DNA from: a virus
Strand: one strand, 5' to 3'
Length of the DNA: 64,000 nt
Virus record (IMG/VR): IMGVR_UViG_3300025687_000029
Span: 31,667 to 95,666 of that record
A model generated the notes under the pieces. It was not told the origin of the DNA and did not search any database. It saw only the letters and a list, made by a program, of their open reading frames with translations. Shown piece after piece: positions 55,801 through 64,000 of this stretch. The stretch's first letter is position 1; every line of letters starts with the position of its first letter. Position numbers and translations under genes: made by a program.

Positions 55801-57392
55801 AATTCTTTATTTGTGAATTTATATTTGACATTAGGACCTTCACCTCCTACAGTAGTACCATCTGATTGATACATGAATCCATAATTGCCTGGAGTTGATT
55901 GATTAGGTACTAAATCTAAATTATTAAATCTATTACATGAATTGTAATCTTGATAGTCTTCTATAGGACTTCCTGAAGTAACTAAACCTCCATCAATCCT
56001 TCTAACATCACTAAATGTTGATCCTAATAATCCAACTATTAATTGATCATCAGTATCATAGGCTGTATCTTCACTAAAGTCCTTATATATTCTCATTATA
56101 CCTGAACTGTCAAATCTAAAAGCTCTTGTTTCAAAACTTTCCCAAGCATCTGAATTATAGAATTTTTCAGTTATATTACCTACAAATAAGATATTATCTT
56201 TTATAGCTAGAGTTTTAGGAATAAAATCTATATTAAATAACCTATATTCAGCTAGAGTATATGTATTTAATACTGTGCTTCCAAAATCAGTAAATGTAAA
56301 TTCACTTCCTGTAAATTTTCCTTGGTATATTGAAGTAATAACAGGATCACTATTTAATTGACTATAGTATATGGATATAAGTTCTACATATTCATAATTT
56401 GTATCTAAATCTTTTATCTGTACAGTTACAGATTTATTTGCTGATTTTGGTTCAACAGTCTCAATTATATTGTCTTCATCTATGGTAGTTACTAATCTAT
56501 TACTACCTCTATAATATCTACCTGCATCACCTGATTTTTCATCTGAATCTGTTAAATGTATTAGAGGAGAAGGTAAACTGAAGAATGTTTGCTGTCCATT
56601 GGGTATATAATATCTATATGCATACTGAATATGTCCAACCTGTAATTGACCATTTGAATTTATATCAACAAAATCAGGAGGTGTAATTTTAGCTTCAGGA
56701 ATAACATCTAACAGCGCAGAGCTTTTAATAAATACTTCAGGTTCTGCTATATTAAGTTTTCTTAAAGAATTATATTCATCAAGCCAATAGATATTTTGTA
56801 TTCTATCAGTTTCATAATATCCTACAGCATCAATCTTAACTTCATTATTCTTCCAATAAACCTCATCAATAGTAGAAATATATATTATATTCAGATAGTA
56901 TCTTTTACCCTTAATATCAAATCTTGAAGTACTTCCTCTAGGTGAAGTGGTTAGTTTCCAAATACCTAAACTCTCAGCACCTCCTACAGAATCAATTAAT
57001 CTGGTAAATATAATAATATCATTATTAATACTACAGGAACCTATTGGATAACATTCATCCCAGTCGTTTAAAGTACTGTCTATTCTAGTTTTAATATCAC
57101 CAAAATAAGTAGATCTAGCTGTACCATCTTCAATAGCTTCAGCAGTAAAAAATTGTTTATCTCCACCTCCTGCTGAATTAGCTGATAGTTCAGCTTTTGT
57201 AGGAAATGTTACTGATAAGTTTCCAGGTAATATATGATCATTACCTTTGATTGTACTTATAGCACCATTACTCAAATCACTATCATTAAGTAATCTACCA
57301 CATGATAGATCAAAATATGCTCCTTGAGGATAAGCTTCTTTAGATGAATCTTGATTTATTCCTTTACCGTATAATGATTTAAATTGTGGCAT
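52869..57392 (-). CDS. tail muzzle/stabilisation protein
   Basis: 1507 aa; KGINQDSS, YETDRIQNIYWLD, YKRNEIYRFAL, FGGDTFI, DSWTKF, G..HKWSV motifs of crAss-like muzzle proteins. Confidence 0.85.
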   Translation of the reverse strand: MPQFKSLYGKGINQDSSKEAYPQGAYFDLSCGRLLNDSDLSNGAISTIKGNDHILPGNLSVTFPTKAELSANSAGGGDKQFFTAEAIEDGTARSTYFGDIKTRIDSTLNDWDECYPIGSCSINNDIIIFTRLIDSVGGAESLGIWKLTTSPRGSTSRFDIKGKRYYLNIIYISTIDEVYWKNNEVKIDAVGYYETDRIQNIYWLDEYNSLRKLNIAEPEVFIKSSALLDVIPEAKITPPDFVDINSNGQLQVGHIQYAYRYYIPNGQQTFFSLPSPLIHLTDSDEKSGDAGRYYRGSNRLVTTIDEDNIIETVEPKSANKSVTVQIKDLDTNYEYVELISIYYSQLNSDPVITSIYQGKFTGSEFTFTDFGSTVLNTYTLAEYRLFNIDFIPKTLAIKDNILFVGNITEKFYNSDAWESFETRAFRFDSSGIMRIYKDFSEDTAYDTDDQLIVGLLGSTFSDVRRIDGGLVTSGSPIEDYQDYNSCNRFNNLDLVPNQSTPGNYGFMYQSDGTTVGGEGPNVKYKFTNKELIIDERIYTPGTTAPFTTAYLAYDSLSGIPTSHIIDTKANKDELGIGPSSYSSPYNSAYYKQYKRNEIYRFALVVFDKKGVPSKPKWIGDIRTPVMGTNGIGGTTNNDFEIVELSGGTSTSDPVISTANALGIDFNIDFNGSDVEDEIQGYAIVRCERGVDRINLGQGLLNTLRSFTTAGASKEGGAGAGDQGKICKSFDGVKANINSLYVYSGVIDPAVNSNWDYRDYTNYEWISPEASFNDNLKLFNDSFVQPVGVVERVGNAVNFDLMTHVRWLNTTTGENWLPSVALDTCQLSKTVISNPTSYLYVGKQFISSFSSIYSDFGGTPTLYTDLLTKNSNVEDGALISSGGTYFSNQNDFVAWSSSTGGDIYNLNAKSFYMRLDDIPLNTLNATDGTYLILSDYVRATIPYGGVETTARELNTYQFCDNYISIDEHTDNQYFSAYTVTRGLNNTTITLGKTVFGGDTFINLYQHIKVTLPKSESDKSVAVTGNPLSYTNLITFPCESTVNTNLRHDSYIPTYSDEYNINLFAEARQAANPGTTCYTGGIIQLEDLYLYNTVFSKSDSTYISQSVATNENLGREFTSRVLASQKKFLGEFADSWTKFGANEFLDLDTVSGELTRLITHRDHVYAFQNDGISRLAVNEKSTVQDDTGQSIVLGTGGVLPYSTYITKNSGTLHKWSVVSTPETIYYYDRNNNTINYISNANGGISDIKGLFSYFSDINFNIASSGNDLLVGVDSVYNHKYREAEMAFQFTIDGVSDISNQAFVIRLNDKIKAFTSITNLNGSNYSVPFMYFPGNQITLSTPRADGYLPTEELYVEDVGDQNTFYDFYNPLKLTLVVNPFKDRTTILDSIEFNSRVEDPSVSDIFDKIIQDETITSIRAYDDLHDTGTINLTTNTARGRRWIVRKVRQWRYNYFRDTRSTNQRDSRLRNYYFIIELTFDSSVLPSSPSVPRYFELGNINSYLRDIRTTQL

Positions 57393-58126
57393 TATCTTCC
57401 TCTATTACCTTTATATTTATAATTGTATTTATGATCTAATAAACTACTTCCAATCTTAATATGATGGTTAGCTATATTGTAAGCATCTTCTTGATTTGGC
57501 ATTTGTAGTTTACTGCAAGCTTTTCTAAAAGCATTATCATACTGAGCTTTACTTTCCATATAGATAGAACTATTTAACTGTCCCAATCTAAGTAACATAT
57601 AGTCAATCTTATGAGCTATATATTTAACTGCGGCATCAATAACTTGTTCTACATCAGGTACTAATGGCTTACCATTTTCATCTAAAGGAACAGCTATATA
57701 AGCTAATTCAACTTCTCCTTCTTCAAAGTTAGTATGAAGGATTTTGTTTTTTATATGATATTGTTTAATATGATCTTCCCCTAAATTATCAATACTACTA
57801 TCATTGCCTACAATAAACAAATCAGTAGATTTTTTCATAGTTATTTTACAGGTAGTATCATTTTGACTAACTAATCTAGCTTGTATTAATTCTTTAAAAT
57901 CACAAGGTAAATCAGCTCTATAATTTGATACTACAATATTAGGATTACCTTTATCTGTACAATTGGTAACTTTTTCTATATGCCTTTGTTTGTTTGGAAG
58001 AAGTTCTAGAAAGTCTCCTATCCATTCTGTCATATCTGTAACATTAGTATATTTATCATCATAGGGAAATTCTCTTTTTAACCTATCAAATATATAATCT
58101 ACACTTACATAATTTACTATATCCAT
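57392..58126 (-). CDS. tail ring (tubular) protein
   Basis: YVS.D, LPCDF, NFEEGEV.LAY...P.DENG.PLVPD. Confidence 0.8.
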   Translation of the reverse strand: MDIVNYVSVDYIFDRLKREFPYDDKYTNVTDMTEWIGDFLELLPNKQRHIEKVTNCTDKGNPNIVVSNYRADLPCDFKELIQARLVSQNDTTCKITMKKSTDLFIVGNDSSIDNLGEDHIKQYHIKNKILHTNFEEGEVELAYIAVPLDENGKPLVPDVEQVIDAAVKYIAHKIDYMLLRLGQLNSSIYMESKAQYDNAFRKACSKLQMPNQEDAYNIANHHIKIGSSLLDHKYNYKYKGNRGR

Positions 58127-58635
58127 TATTTATAAAAATAAGTTTGACCTTCTACTAAGTATTTAAATATTTTTTGCTTTACACATACAGAAGGATAGAA
58201 TGCATATAATCTTCTTTTTAAGAAATACCAAGCTGACTTTTTAGTATTTTTAAATCTACTCATCCAACACATTTGTGCATAGTCTTTATCATAATCATAT
58301 ACTACAGGTTTATTATTATGTTTTTTCCATTCAGACCTGTCAGTACCATATTTCTTTATCCAGATTTCTTTACTTTTAGCCCAGTTAGGAACTCCATTTT
58401 TAGCTTCTGTCATTCTAACACCAAATCTCCCACTTACATATAAAGGATATATCTCTATATCCTCTTTAATTGCAACAGTAACAATACCTCTAACTAAATC
58501 ATTAAGAGGTTTATGAAAGTCTTCTCTGCCTATTTTAGATCCTCCAAGATCTTTATAAGCATAGTAATAATCTATAGTACCTACAGTTTTATGCTTTCTG
58601 TAAGTTTTCCTGGGTTGAAGTTGCTTCACCGTCAT
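58126..58635 (-). CDS. basic IHF/HU-like protein of the crAss tail module
   Basis: K/R-rich, G.FGV...PNW.KS..W; located between ring genes. Confidence 0.55.
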   Translation of the reverse strand: MTVKQLQPRKTYRKHKTVGTIDYYYAYKDLGGSKIGREDFHKPLNDLVRGIVTVAIKEDIEIYPLYVSGRFGVRMTEAKNGVPNWAKSKEIWIKKYGTDRSEWKKHNNKPVVYDYDKDYAQMCWMSRFKNTKKSAWYFLKRRLYAFYPSVCVKQKIFKYLVEGQTYFYK

Positions 58636-59314
58636 TCTCTTTATCTTCAGGAGTTCTTAATAGAATATTTAGATCTTTTGTTAATATCTCTTGTTTAATA
58701 ATATCTACCATCCACTGTTCAATTGGATAGTTATCATTATCAGAATAACAAGAAGTTCCATCACAATCATTAATACTTTGTAAAGATTCAGGATTATCAA
58801 ATATACCTTCTACATATAAATACTTACCGAGTCTTGTTTGCAGATTGGCATTATTACTTTTTACATATAAATAGTTACCTGTTCTGTCTTCAACAATGGT
58901 AGCATATATATCATCTTTATTATATCTACTATTACCTGAAACTACCCATGATTCATGAGAAACAAAATTAAACTTACTTTGAGATACATCTATAGGTCTA
59001 ACTATTAAATCTCTTTTATTTTTAGTAGCTAATAATTCAGGAATTTGTATAGTACTTCTAAGAACTTTACAACCTACAGAAAGGCCGGTACAACAATCTG
59101 ATAGAGCTTTATCAACAAGTTCTAACTCTAAACATGGAATTACTTGGGTATAGTTTGATCTATTCAGAGTTCCTCTGTCTAATCTTTGTTTTATTAAAGT
59201 AGCTCTTTTATTTCTTATCCACCATTTAATCTGTCTTTCATCCAGGTTATTATCATCTGAATTTAGATTAACTGTAGCATATATATCATCAACAATTTGT
59301 TTTAAAGTAGGCAT
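58589..59314 (-). CDS. tail ring protein
   Basis: TLKQIVDD, RQIKWW...RA.LIKQ, CLELELVD, GIFDNP, YPI. Confidence 0.8.
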   Translation of the reverse strand: MPTLKQIVDDIYATVNLNSDDNNLDERQIKWWIRNKRATLIKQRLDRGTLNRSNYTQVIPCLELELVDKALSDCCTGLSVGCKVLRSTIQIPELLATKNKRDLIVRPIDVSQSKFNFVSHESWVVSGNSRYNKDDIYATIVEDRTGNYLYVKSNNANLQTRLGKYLYVEGIFDNPESLQSINDCDGTSCYSDNDNYPIEQWMVDIIKQEILTKDLNILLRTPEDKENDGEATSTQENLQKA

Positions 59315-59724
59315 TTTAATATAATTATTAGTATTCCTGTTTCTGCTGCAAAGAGTAGTTTAAAGGTATTCTTTCTTCTCTTTAACTTCTTTATTTTAAT
59401 ATCTTTTTGAGTAACTACACTACTCAAACTATCAGTATTATTAATAAGAATAGTATTGGCACTATTTAACTGATTTATTTGCAAATCGCGATATGCGATA
59501 CTACCTTCATAATCTTTAAGCAAACTATCAACAATCTCAAGTTCATCAAGACATTGCAACCTTTCAATATTATGAGAAGCTATAACCTCTCTTTGTTCTC
59601 TAGTATAGCATCTTGTACCGTCATCTTGGCTCCATAAATATAAGGGAATCCAAAGAATCATTAGAATACTTAGGAATCTCTTTTTGTATATATTTATACT
59701 TGATAATAGTTTTAATTCTTTCAT
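59302..59724 (-). CDS. spanin-like coiled-coil protein
   Basis: Signal-like N-terminus, coiled coil, C-terminal hydrophobic segment; overlaps the upstream gene in the lysis cassette. Confidence 0.5.
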   Translation of the reverse strand: MKELKLLSSINIYKKRFLSILMILWIPLYLWSQDDGTRCYTREQREVIASHNIERLQCLDELEIVDSLLKDYEGSIAYRDLQINQLNSANTILINNTDSLSSVVTQKDIKIKKLKRRKNTFKLLFAAETGILIIILKCLL

Positions 59725-59923
59725 CTTTCTTCTTATTTATCTGAATTTCAAGACTATCCTTGATTCTATTTAATATTTTTATACTATCACGTTGTTTGAT
59801 AATCAGTTCTTCTCCTACAGGCTTTTCTTGAATAATAATTTCAGGTCCTCTCAAAGATAAGATAATTATTACAATTATCAAAATAGCTATAATACCTATC
59901 TGAGCATATTGTTTATTCTTCAT
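59621..59923 (-). CDS. i-spanin-like protein
   Basis: N-terminal TM then coiled coil; follows the holin. Confidence 0.5.
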   Translation of the reverse strand: MKNKQYAQIGIIAILIIVIIILSLRGPEIIIQEKPVGEELIIKQRDSIKILNRIKDSLEIQINKKKDERIKTIIKYKYIQKEIPKYSNDSLDSLIFMEPR

Positions 59924-60155
59924 CTTTCTTTTTAGATTTATTAAATAACCCTTCAAAAATACAAATACCTAATAACGAACTTCCAGTATATATAAAAGTC
60001 TTATGAAGATCTGTAATATTATCAGATAGATCAATTGCAAAATAACTACATATATTTACTGTAATTAAAGTAATTATTAGAATCAGGAATCCCATTACTC
60101 TTTTAGAAGATACTCCTGCCTTACTCTGTAACATTCTTAATAAAAACTGTTTCAT
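59913..60155 (-). CDS. holin (2 TM)
   Basis: GVSSKRV motif, two TM segments, charged tail; next to the endolysin. Confidence 0.7.
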   Translation of the reverse strand: MKQFLLRMLQSKAGVSSKRVMGFLILIITLITVNICSYFAIDLSDNITDLHKTFIYTGSSLLGICIFEGLFNKSKKKDEE

Positions 60156-60667
60156 AGACTATCAATTAATTTAGTTAATTCTCCTATAAATTGTGTACGG
60201 TTCTTTCTATAAGCTGTTACATCCTTCATATTATCTATAAAGAAGGGTTCCAATATAATACAAGGAGCATTTGTATATTTTAATAAATGACCTCCTCTAT
60301 CATAGAGAGTTCTTGATTTAATACCTCTATCAGGTAAACCTAAAGTATTAACAATAACTCTTTGAAATTTATATGCTAGTTCTTTACCTTTAATAGATCC
60401 CTTATAATATAAAACTTCACTACCTGAAGCATTATGTAACATTGAAGCATTACAATGAAATGATATTATATATTCAGGATTTAACTTATTTATCTTTTCA
60501 GGAAGTTTTTTATAAGTATCCCTATAAATAATTTCTATATCTTTTCTATTACTTAGAGTTTTAATAATATTAACTATTTCATTATTAAGGTAAAACTCAT
60601 TCAACCCTGCTTTATTATTAATTGCTCCGGGAGAATCCTCAGTATGTCCAACTACAAGTGCTATCAT
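60152..60667 (-). CDS. endolysin, N-acetylmuramoyl-L-alanine amidase (Amidase_3)
   Basis: VGH, NE, SFHCNA, GSEV, DRG, ILEPFFIDN. Confidence 0.92.
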   Translation of the reverse strand: MIALVVGHTEDSPGAINNKAGLNEFYLNNEIVNIIKTLSNRKDIEIIYRDTYKKLPEKINKLNPEYIISFHCNASMLHNASGSEVLYYKGSIKGKELAYKFQRVIVNTLGLPDRGIKSRTLYDRGGHLLKYTNAPCIILEPFFIDNMKDVTAYRKNRTQFIGELTKLIDSL

Positions 60668-61137
60668 TTTTTAACTATTTCAGTTTTAACTTTAATTTTA
60701 TCAGGTTTAATATAATCACCTATCTTTTCAATAGTACCCCAGACACCTGCTATAGCAATTATAACAGTTCCAAGTATTGTGGCAGTAGCTATCTTTTTAT
60801 TTTTACCAAAAAACCTAACTACTTCTGTTTCTTTTTTTATTGTCTCAATATCATTTCTAACACAAGTAAATTCTTCTTTATAATCAGTAACTCCTGTTTT
60901 ATAAAACTCCTTCAAAGTTTCCATCTCCCTATCATGAGTATTTACTCTACCATTAGTTTTAATAGCTTGTTCCTTAGTTTCATTGACAACTTTTAATACT
61001 TCTGAAATTAAAGCATACATTTTATCATTATCTGCTCTATTTTCCTTCTTATGTTCTCTAAATTCAGAAACTAGATATGAAATTCTCTCTCTATTATATG
61101 ACTCACCTCCTTTTAAGTGTGGCTCTAATTCACTCAT
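60664..61137 (-). CDS. coiled-coil protein with C-terminal TM (lysis-associated)
   Basis: KTNGRV motif, single TM near the C-terminus. Confidence 0.6.
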   Translation of the reverse strand: MSELEPHLKGGESYNRERISYLVSEFREHKKENRADNDKMYALISEVLKVVNETKEQAIKTNGRVNTHDREMETLKEFYKTGVTDYKEEFTCVRNDIETIKKETEVVRFFGKNKKIATATILGTVIIAIAGVWGTIEKIGDYIKPDKIKVKTEIVKK

Positions 61138-61772
61138 AACGTTGAAGCTATTCTAATATTAACATTATCTTTATTTACTATTTTAGTCTTATTCATATCA
61201 ATAAACATCGGGTCTACGATAACATATGAATTTACATCAATCTGATTAAGATGTACAACAACACCATTAAACATTACCACGATAGATCCTCCAAACCACG
61301 TTGCATTATCTAATTCAATACCCACATTACTATAACTTACTGATGACTCTGTACATTGTATTACACCTCCATTGCCTACAATTGCTTTATCAACACCTTC
61401 CACATCGCAATTGAAAATTTGCAATAATGTATCTTTATTACTCTTCACTGCTATATCACCAGATTCAATTTTTACATCATCTAATCTTGACATTCCTGTG
61501 ATTGATTCAAATATAGTTAATCCTTCTTTTGACTTCTTAACATAGCAATTTAGTACTTTATTGTTATTTAATCTAAACAAATAACTATCACCAACAGCTT
61601 CTATATGAGAATAATTAAAATCAACAACTGCACCATCTGGTAAATCAATATCTCCAATCTTATAATAACCATTCTCAATTGAAATAAGAACAGGCTCATC
61701 AGATTTAGGTTTTGAATTTATTTCTTCAATAACCTTACTTATAGGATTGTTATAGTTTACTGTATATTTCAT
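61134..61772 (-). CDS. beta-helix (pectin-lyase-like) protein, putative tail spike component
   Basis: IENGYYKI then repetitive I/V/N/G beta-strand pattern. Confidence 0.55.
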   Translation of the reverse strand: MKYTVNYNNPISKVIEEINSKPKSDEPVLISIENGYYKIGDIDLPDGAVVDFNYSHIEAVGDSYLFRLNNNKVLNCYVKKSKEGLTIFESITGMSRLDDVKIESGDIAVKSNKDTLLQIFNCDVEGVDKAIVGNGGVIQCTESSVSYSNVGIELDNATWFGGSIVVMFNGVVVHLNQIDVNSYVIVDPMFIDMNKTKIVNKDNVNIRIASTL

Positions 61773-62380
61773 TACTTAATATATTCTTGTCTACTACCAT
61801 TTTGATCTCTTTGATGATGCCCATCAAAAAAATCTATATATACTCGACCTGCATATTCATTAGCACTTGCAGCTATCCTTGTTAGCTTCAGCTTATATAG
61901 TGTACTCACAGTCGTATTTACACCGGGAATATCGGCTAAATCAAATAATTTATGATTACCTGTAAAATTACCGTTCATAGTGTTTTCAGCAGTAAAGGGA
62001 CTTCCTGCAGGAACTGCCCAAGCTTCATTTACCCCTGCTGCAATAACATCTACTTGAAATTGAAAATTATCTCCTGTACCATCAGAAGGTACAGAATAAT
62101 GAATGTGTTGATCTAATACAGTTTCAAGCTTCATAGCGTGAGGTGATTGGATAACAGCATAAACATACTCTCCAATATCAAAACCAAGTGTAGGGAACGT
62201 TACACCTCCACCTATATTATGATTCCAAAATATTTCTGCTGGAGCATTTGAAGGTGGTAGTTTTACATTAATTATAGAGGTTGGTATATCATCATATACT
62301 GTATTTTGTTTCGGTTGATTGTCCAAACCTTCATCCATATCTCTTTGTACCTCTGCTGTTGATTTATCTAGTTTACTCAT
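61772..62380 (-). CDS. putative tail fibre/receptor-binding protein
   Basis: Beta-rich; Q.PH, H.H and D.H..RD..GSR.EY motifs. Confidence 0.6.
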   Translation of the reverse strand: MSKLDKSTAEVQRDMDEGLDNQPKQNTVYDDIPTSIINVKLPPSNAPAEIFWNHNIGGGVTFPTLGFDIGEYVYAVIQSPHAMKLETVLDQHIHYSVPSDGTGDNFQFQVDVIAAGVNEAWAVPAGSPFTAENTMNGNFTGNHKLFDLADIPGVNTTVSTLYKLKLTRIAASANEYAGRVYIDFFDGHHQRDQNGSRQEYIK

Positions 62381-62383
62381 ATC

Positions 62384-62908
62384 TTATGTTCTATATATTA
62401 CGTGAAACGGAACACTTATAGTGCCGCTATTTTCAAATTCTAAAGTGAAATACACTCCATTGTTCTTTGCATCAAACCCTGCATCATCACCAAAAAACCA
62501 AGTACCTACAATTGAAACTAAATCAGATCCTTTTTGTCTAACATTATATGTTCGGATTAGTGGGTCTGTTGCAAAATCTCTAGTTCCCGACTCGTCAATA
62601 TATATTCGCATTGTAACTCCACCTTCATTTCCTGAACTTGGAGTGAAATAAGGAGATATATCAATGACATATGTTGGACTATCAAGTTCTTCAGGCATAG
62701 ATATTTTACTCAGAGTCTTATTCCATCGACTTGTTATGTATGCAGGAGAAGTAACCTTGACCTCAGTTAATCCGTTGTTAATAAATAGAAACTCACTTTC
62801 ACCTGTAACAGCGATAGTGTTATCGCCAATTACAGATTCTTTAAAATTGTTGTATCTGCCGTCAAGAAGATTATTAATTTCTTCTGTTGTAAAATCTAAC
62901 TTTCCCAT
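62384..62908 (-). CDS. putative tail fibre protein
   Basis: KLDFTTEEINNLL N-terminal motif followed by a beta-rich domain. Confidence 0.55.
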   Translation of the reverse strand: MGKLDFTTEEINNLLDGRYNNFKESVIGDNTIAVTGESEFLFINNGLTEVKVTSPAYITSRWNKTLSKISMPEELDSPTYVIDISPYFTPSSGNEGGVTMRIYIDESGTRDFATDPLIRTYNVRQKGSDLVSIVGTWFFGDDAGFDAKNNGVYFTLEFENSGTISVPFHVIYRT

Positions 62909-63999
62909 TATATAATATCTCCTAATGTTATCATATATTCTACATCATTATCTAGAATATATTCATCATTTACATCTTTTAGAGCATACCTTAACCATCC
63001 ATATAAATCAACAATAGTGTTAAAGTCATTACCTTTAGGCCCAAATTCATTTGCCACTATTCCTATCATTGAGGCATCTTCGTCTTGTAGGTTTCTGTAG
63101 CTAAATCTGAAATCCGATGTATATTTAAATAATTCATTTCCGTTTATGTAAGAGCTTATCCATTCACCAGATTCCATTTGAAATAAAGCTTGGAAGTTTG
63201 AGAATAATATTCCATCTCTAATTCCAATATTAGCCACAACTCCTATATAACTGGAAAAATCAGAATTATACTCATGTATAACCTCATCAGGTTGATTTAA
63301 TACATACCAATTACCGTTTGCTATTTGAACCAACCCAACGCATTGTGTTATCTGTGCTGATACATCGTGTGTAGCAATATATGTACCTATATTCTCATTC
63401 CATGTACCTGTACCTGCACCTAATGAATATTCATATATAGTTCCTGAATTGTCTATTGAAACTAATATATTTCCATTGTCTCTTTGCCATATCGCTTCAA
63501 AACCATCTGTACCTGTTTCAGTGATACAATCTATGTTGTATCCTTTATAGTTCCAGTCCTTATCAAAAAACCAAATCTTTTTCTGAGCTGCGTAATTAGC
63601 AGGAATTGCATATCCACCATCTGAAGTTTTACAAACAGCTCTACCTGATAGTCTATCATCTGCATTTGGCAAGTTTAACTGATAGTCACCATTTTCATCA
63701 ACATTTACTCTAGGAGCCATTTCTATTGACTCTACCAATTCAAAATACCTATCATATTTATACATATAGCCAGTGACATATCCGATAGCCCAAAACTCTT
63801 CTGTATTTCTGTAAATGATATGGTCAGTTGTTCCTATGATAGTTGTTCCATCAATATCATAAACCAATTTATAGAAGTGTCTCTCTCCATCTATATCAGG
63901 TTTACTATTAAAATTCCAAGTTGATAAACTCGAATCTACTTCTTCTAACTGTCCTCCATTTGTAAAATCTATAACAGCTCCTACAGGAATGTATTCATC
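62908..63999 (-). CDS. beta-propeller-like structural protein, 5' end truncated by window edge
   Basis: Frame stays open upstream of track start 63867 to the window end (DEYIPVGAVIDF...); repeated YKYD/YEYS/HEYN blades. Confidence 0.65.
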   Translation of the reverse strand, partial: DEYIPVGAVIDFTNGGQLEEVDSSLSTWNFNSKPDIDGERHFYKLVYDIDGTTIIGTTDHIIYRNTEEFWAIGYVTGYMYKYDRYFELVESIEMAPRVNVDENGDYQLNLPNADDRLSGRAVCKTSDGGYAIPANYAAQKKIWFFDKDWNYKGYNIDCITETGTDGFEAIWQRDNGNILVSIDNSGTIYEYSLGAGTGTWNENIGTYIATHDVSAQITQCVGLVQIANGNWYVLNQPDEVIHEYNSDFSSYIGVVANIGIRDGILFSNFQALFQMESGEWISSYINGNELFKYTSDFRFSYRNLQDEDASMIGIVANEFGPKGNDFNTIVDLYGWLRYALKDVNDEYILDNDVEYMITLGDII

Positions 64000-64000
64000 A

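Noticed and set aside
40533-62915. Short + strand ORFs within the late arm (e.g. 40533, 45744, 55312, 60622, 62421)
   Set aside because: Antisense shadows of long - strand genes with S/L/I/F-rich, non-protein-like composition
1-64000. Alternative genetic code (TAG/TGA reassignment, as in some crAss-like phages)
   Set aside because: Very long genes (3444, 2232, 1507 aa) are uninterrupted in code 11, and TGA/TAG serve as real stops at gene junctions
61134-64000. Diversity-generating retroelement targeting tail genes
   Set aside because: No reverse transcriptase and no TR/VR repeat pair seen in the window

Overview
This AT-rich window is most of a crAss-like (Crassvirales-type) phage genome in the standard genetic code. 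The likely host is Bacteroidota: there are no Shine-Dalgarno sites, leaders are A-rich, TAnnTTTG promoter elements are present, and one lipoprotein carries a Bacteroidota-type signal. The + strand (1-31.1 kb) carries small early genes, a hairpin-packed non-coding region and two tRNA-like genes with broken anticodon arms. It continues into replication and nucleotide-metabolism genes: PolB, a DUF5565-type RNA ligase, SF2 and DnaB-like helicases, a Sak4-like ATPase, SSB, primase, a MoxR/vWA pair, a nucleotidyltransferase, a split Prim-Pol, a 5'-3' exonuclease, UNG, an LMW phosphatase, DUF5664, a ThyX-like protein, dUTPase and an epimerase. The - strand (31.1-64 kb) carries the giant ejection proteins including the DFDID virion RNA polymerase, cargo proteins, muzzle and ring proteins, the lysis cassette and tail-fibre-like genes. 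The most striking unexplained structure is a 1.2 kb array (5733-6954) of integron-like gene cassettes. These are delimited by attC-like fold-backs and matched GTT/AAC core sites, and two ORFs start inside an attC loop and cross the predicted crossover point, suggesting recombination-driven assembly of chimeric small proteins. All family calls come from motif recognition by eye; no searches were run.
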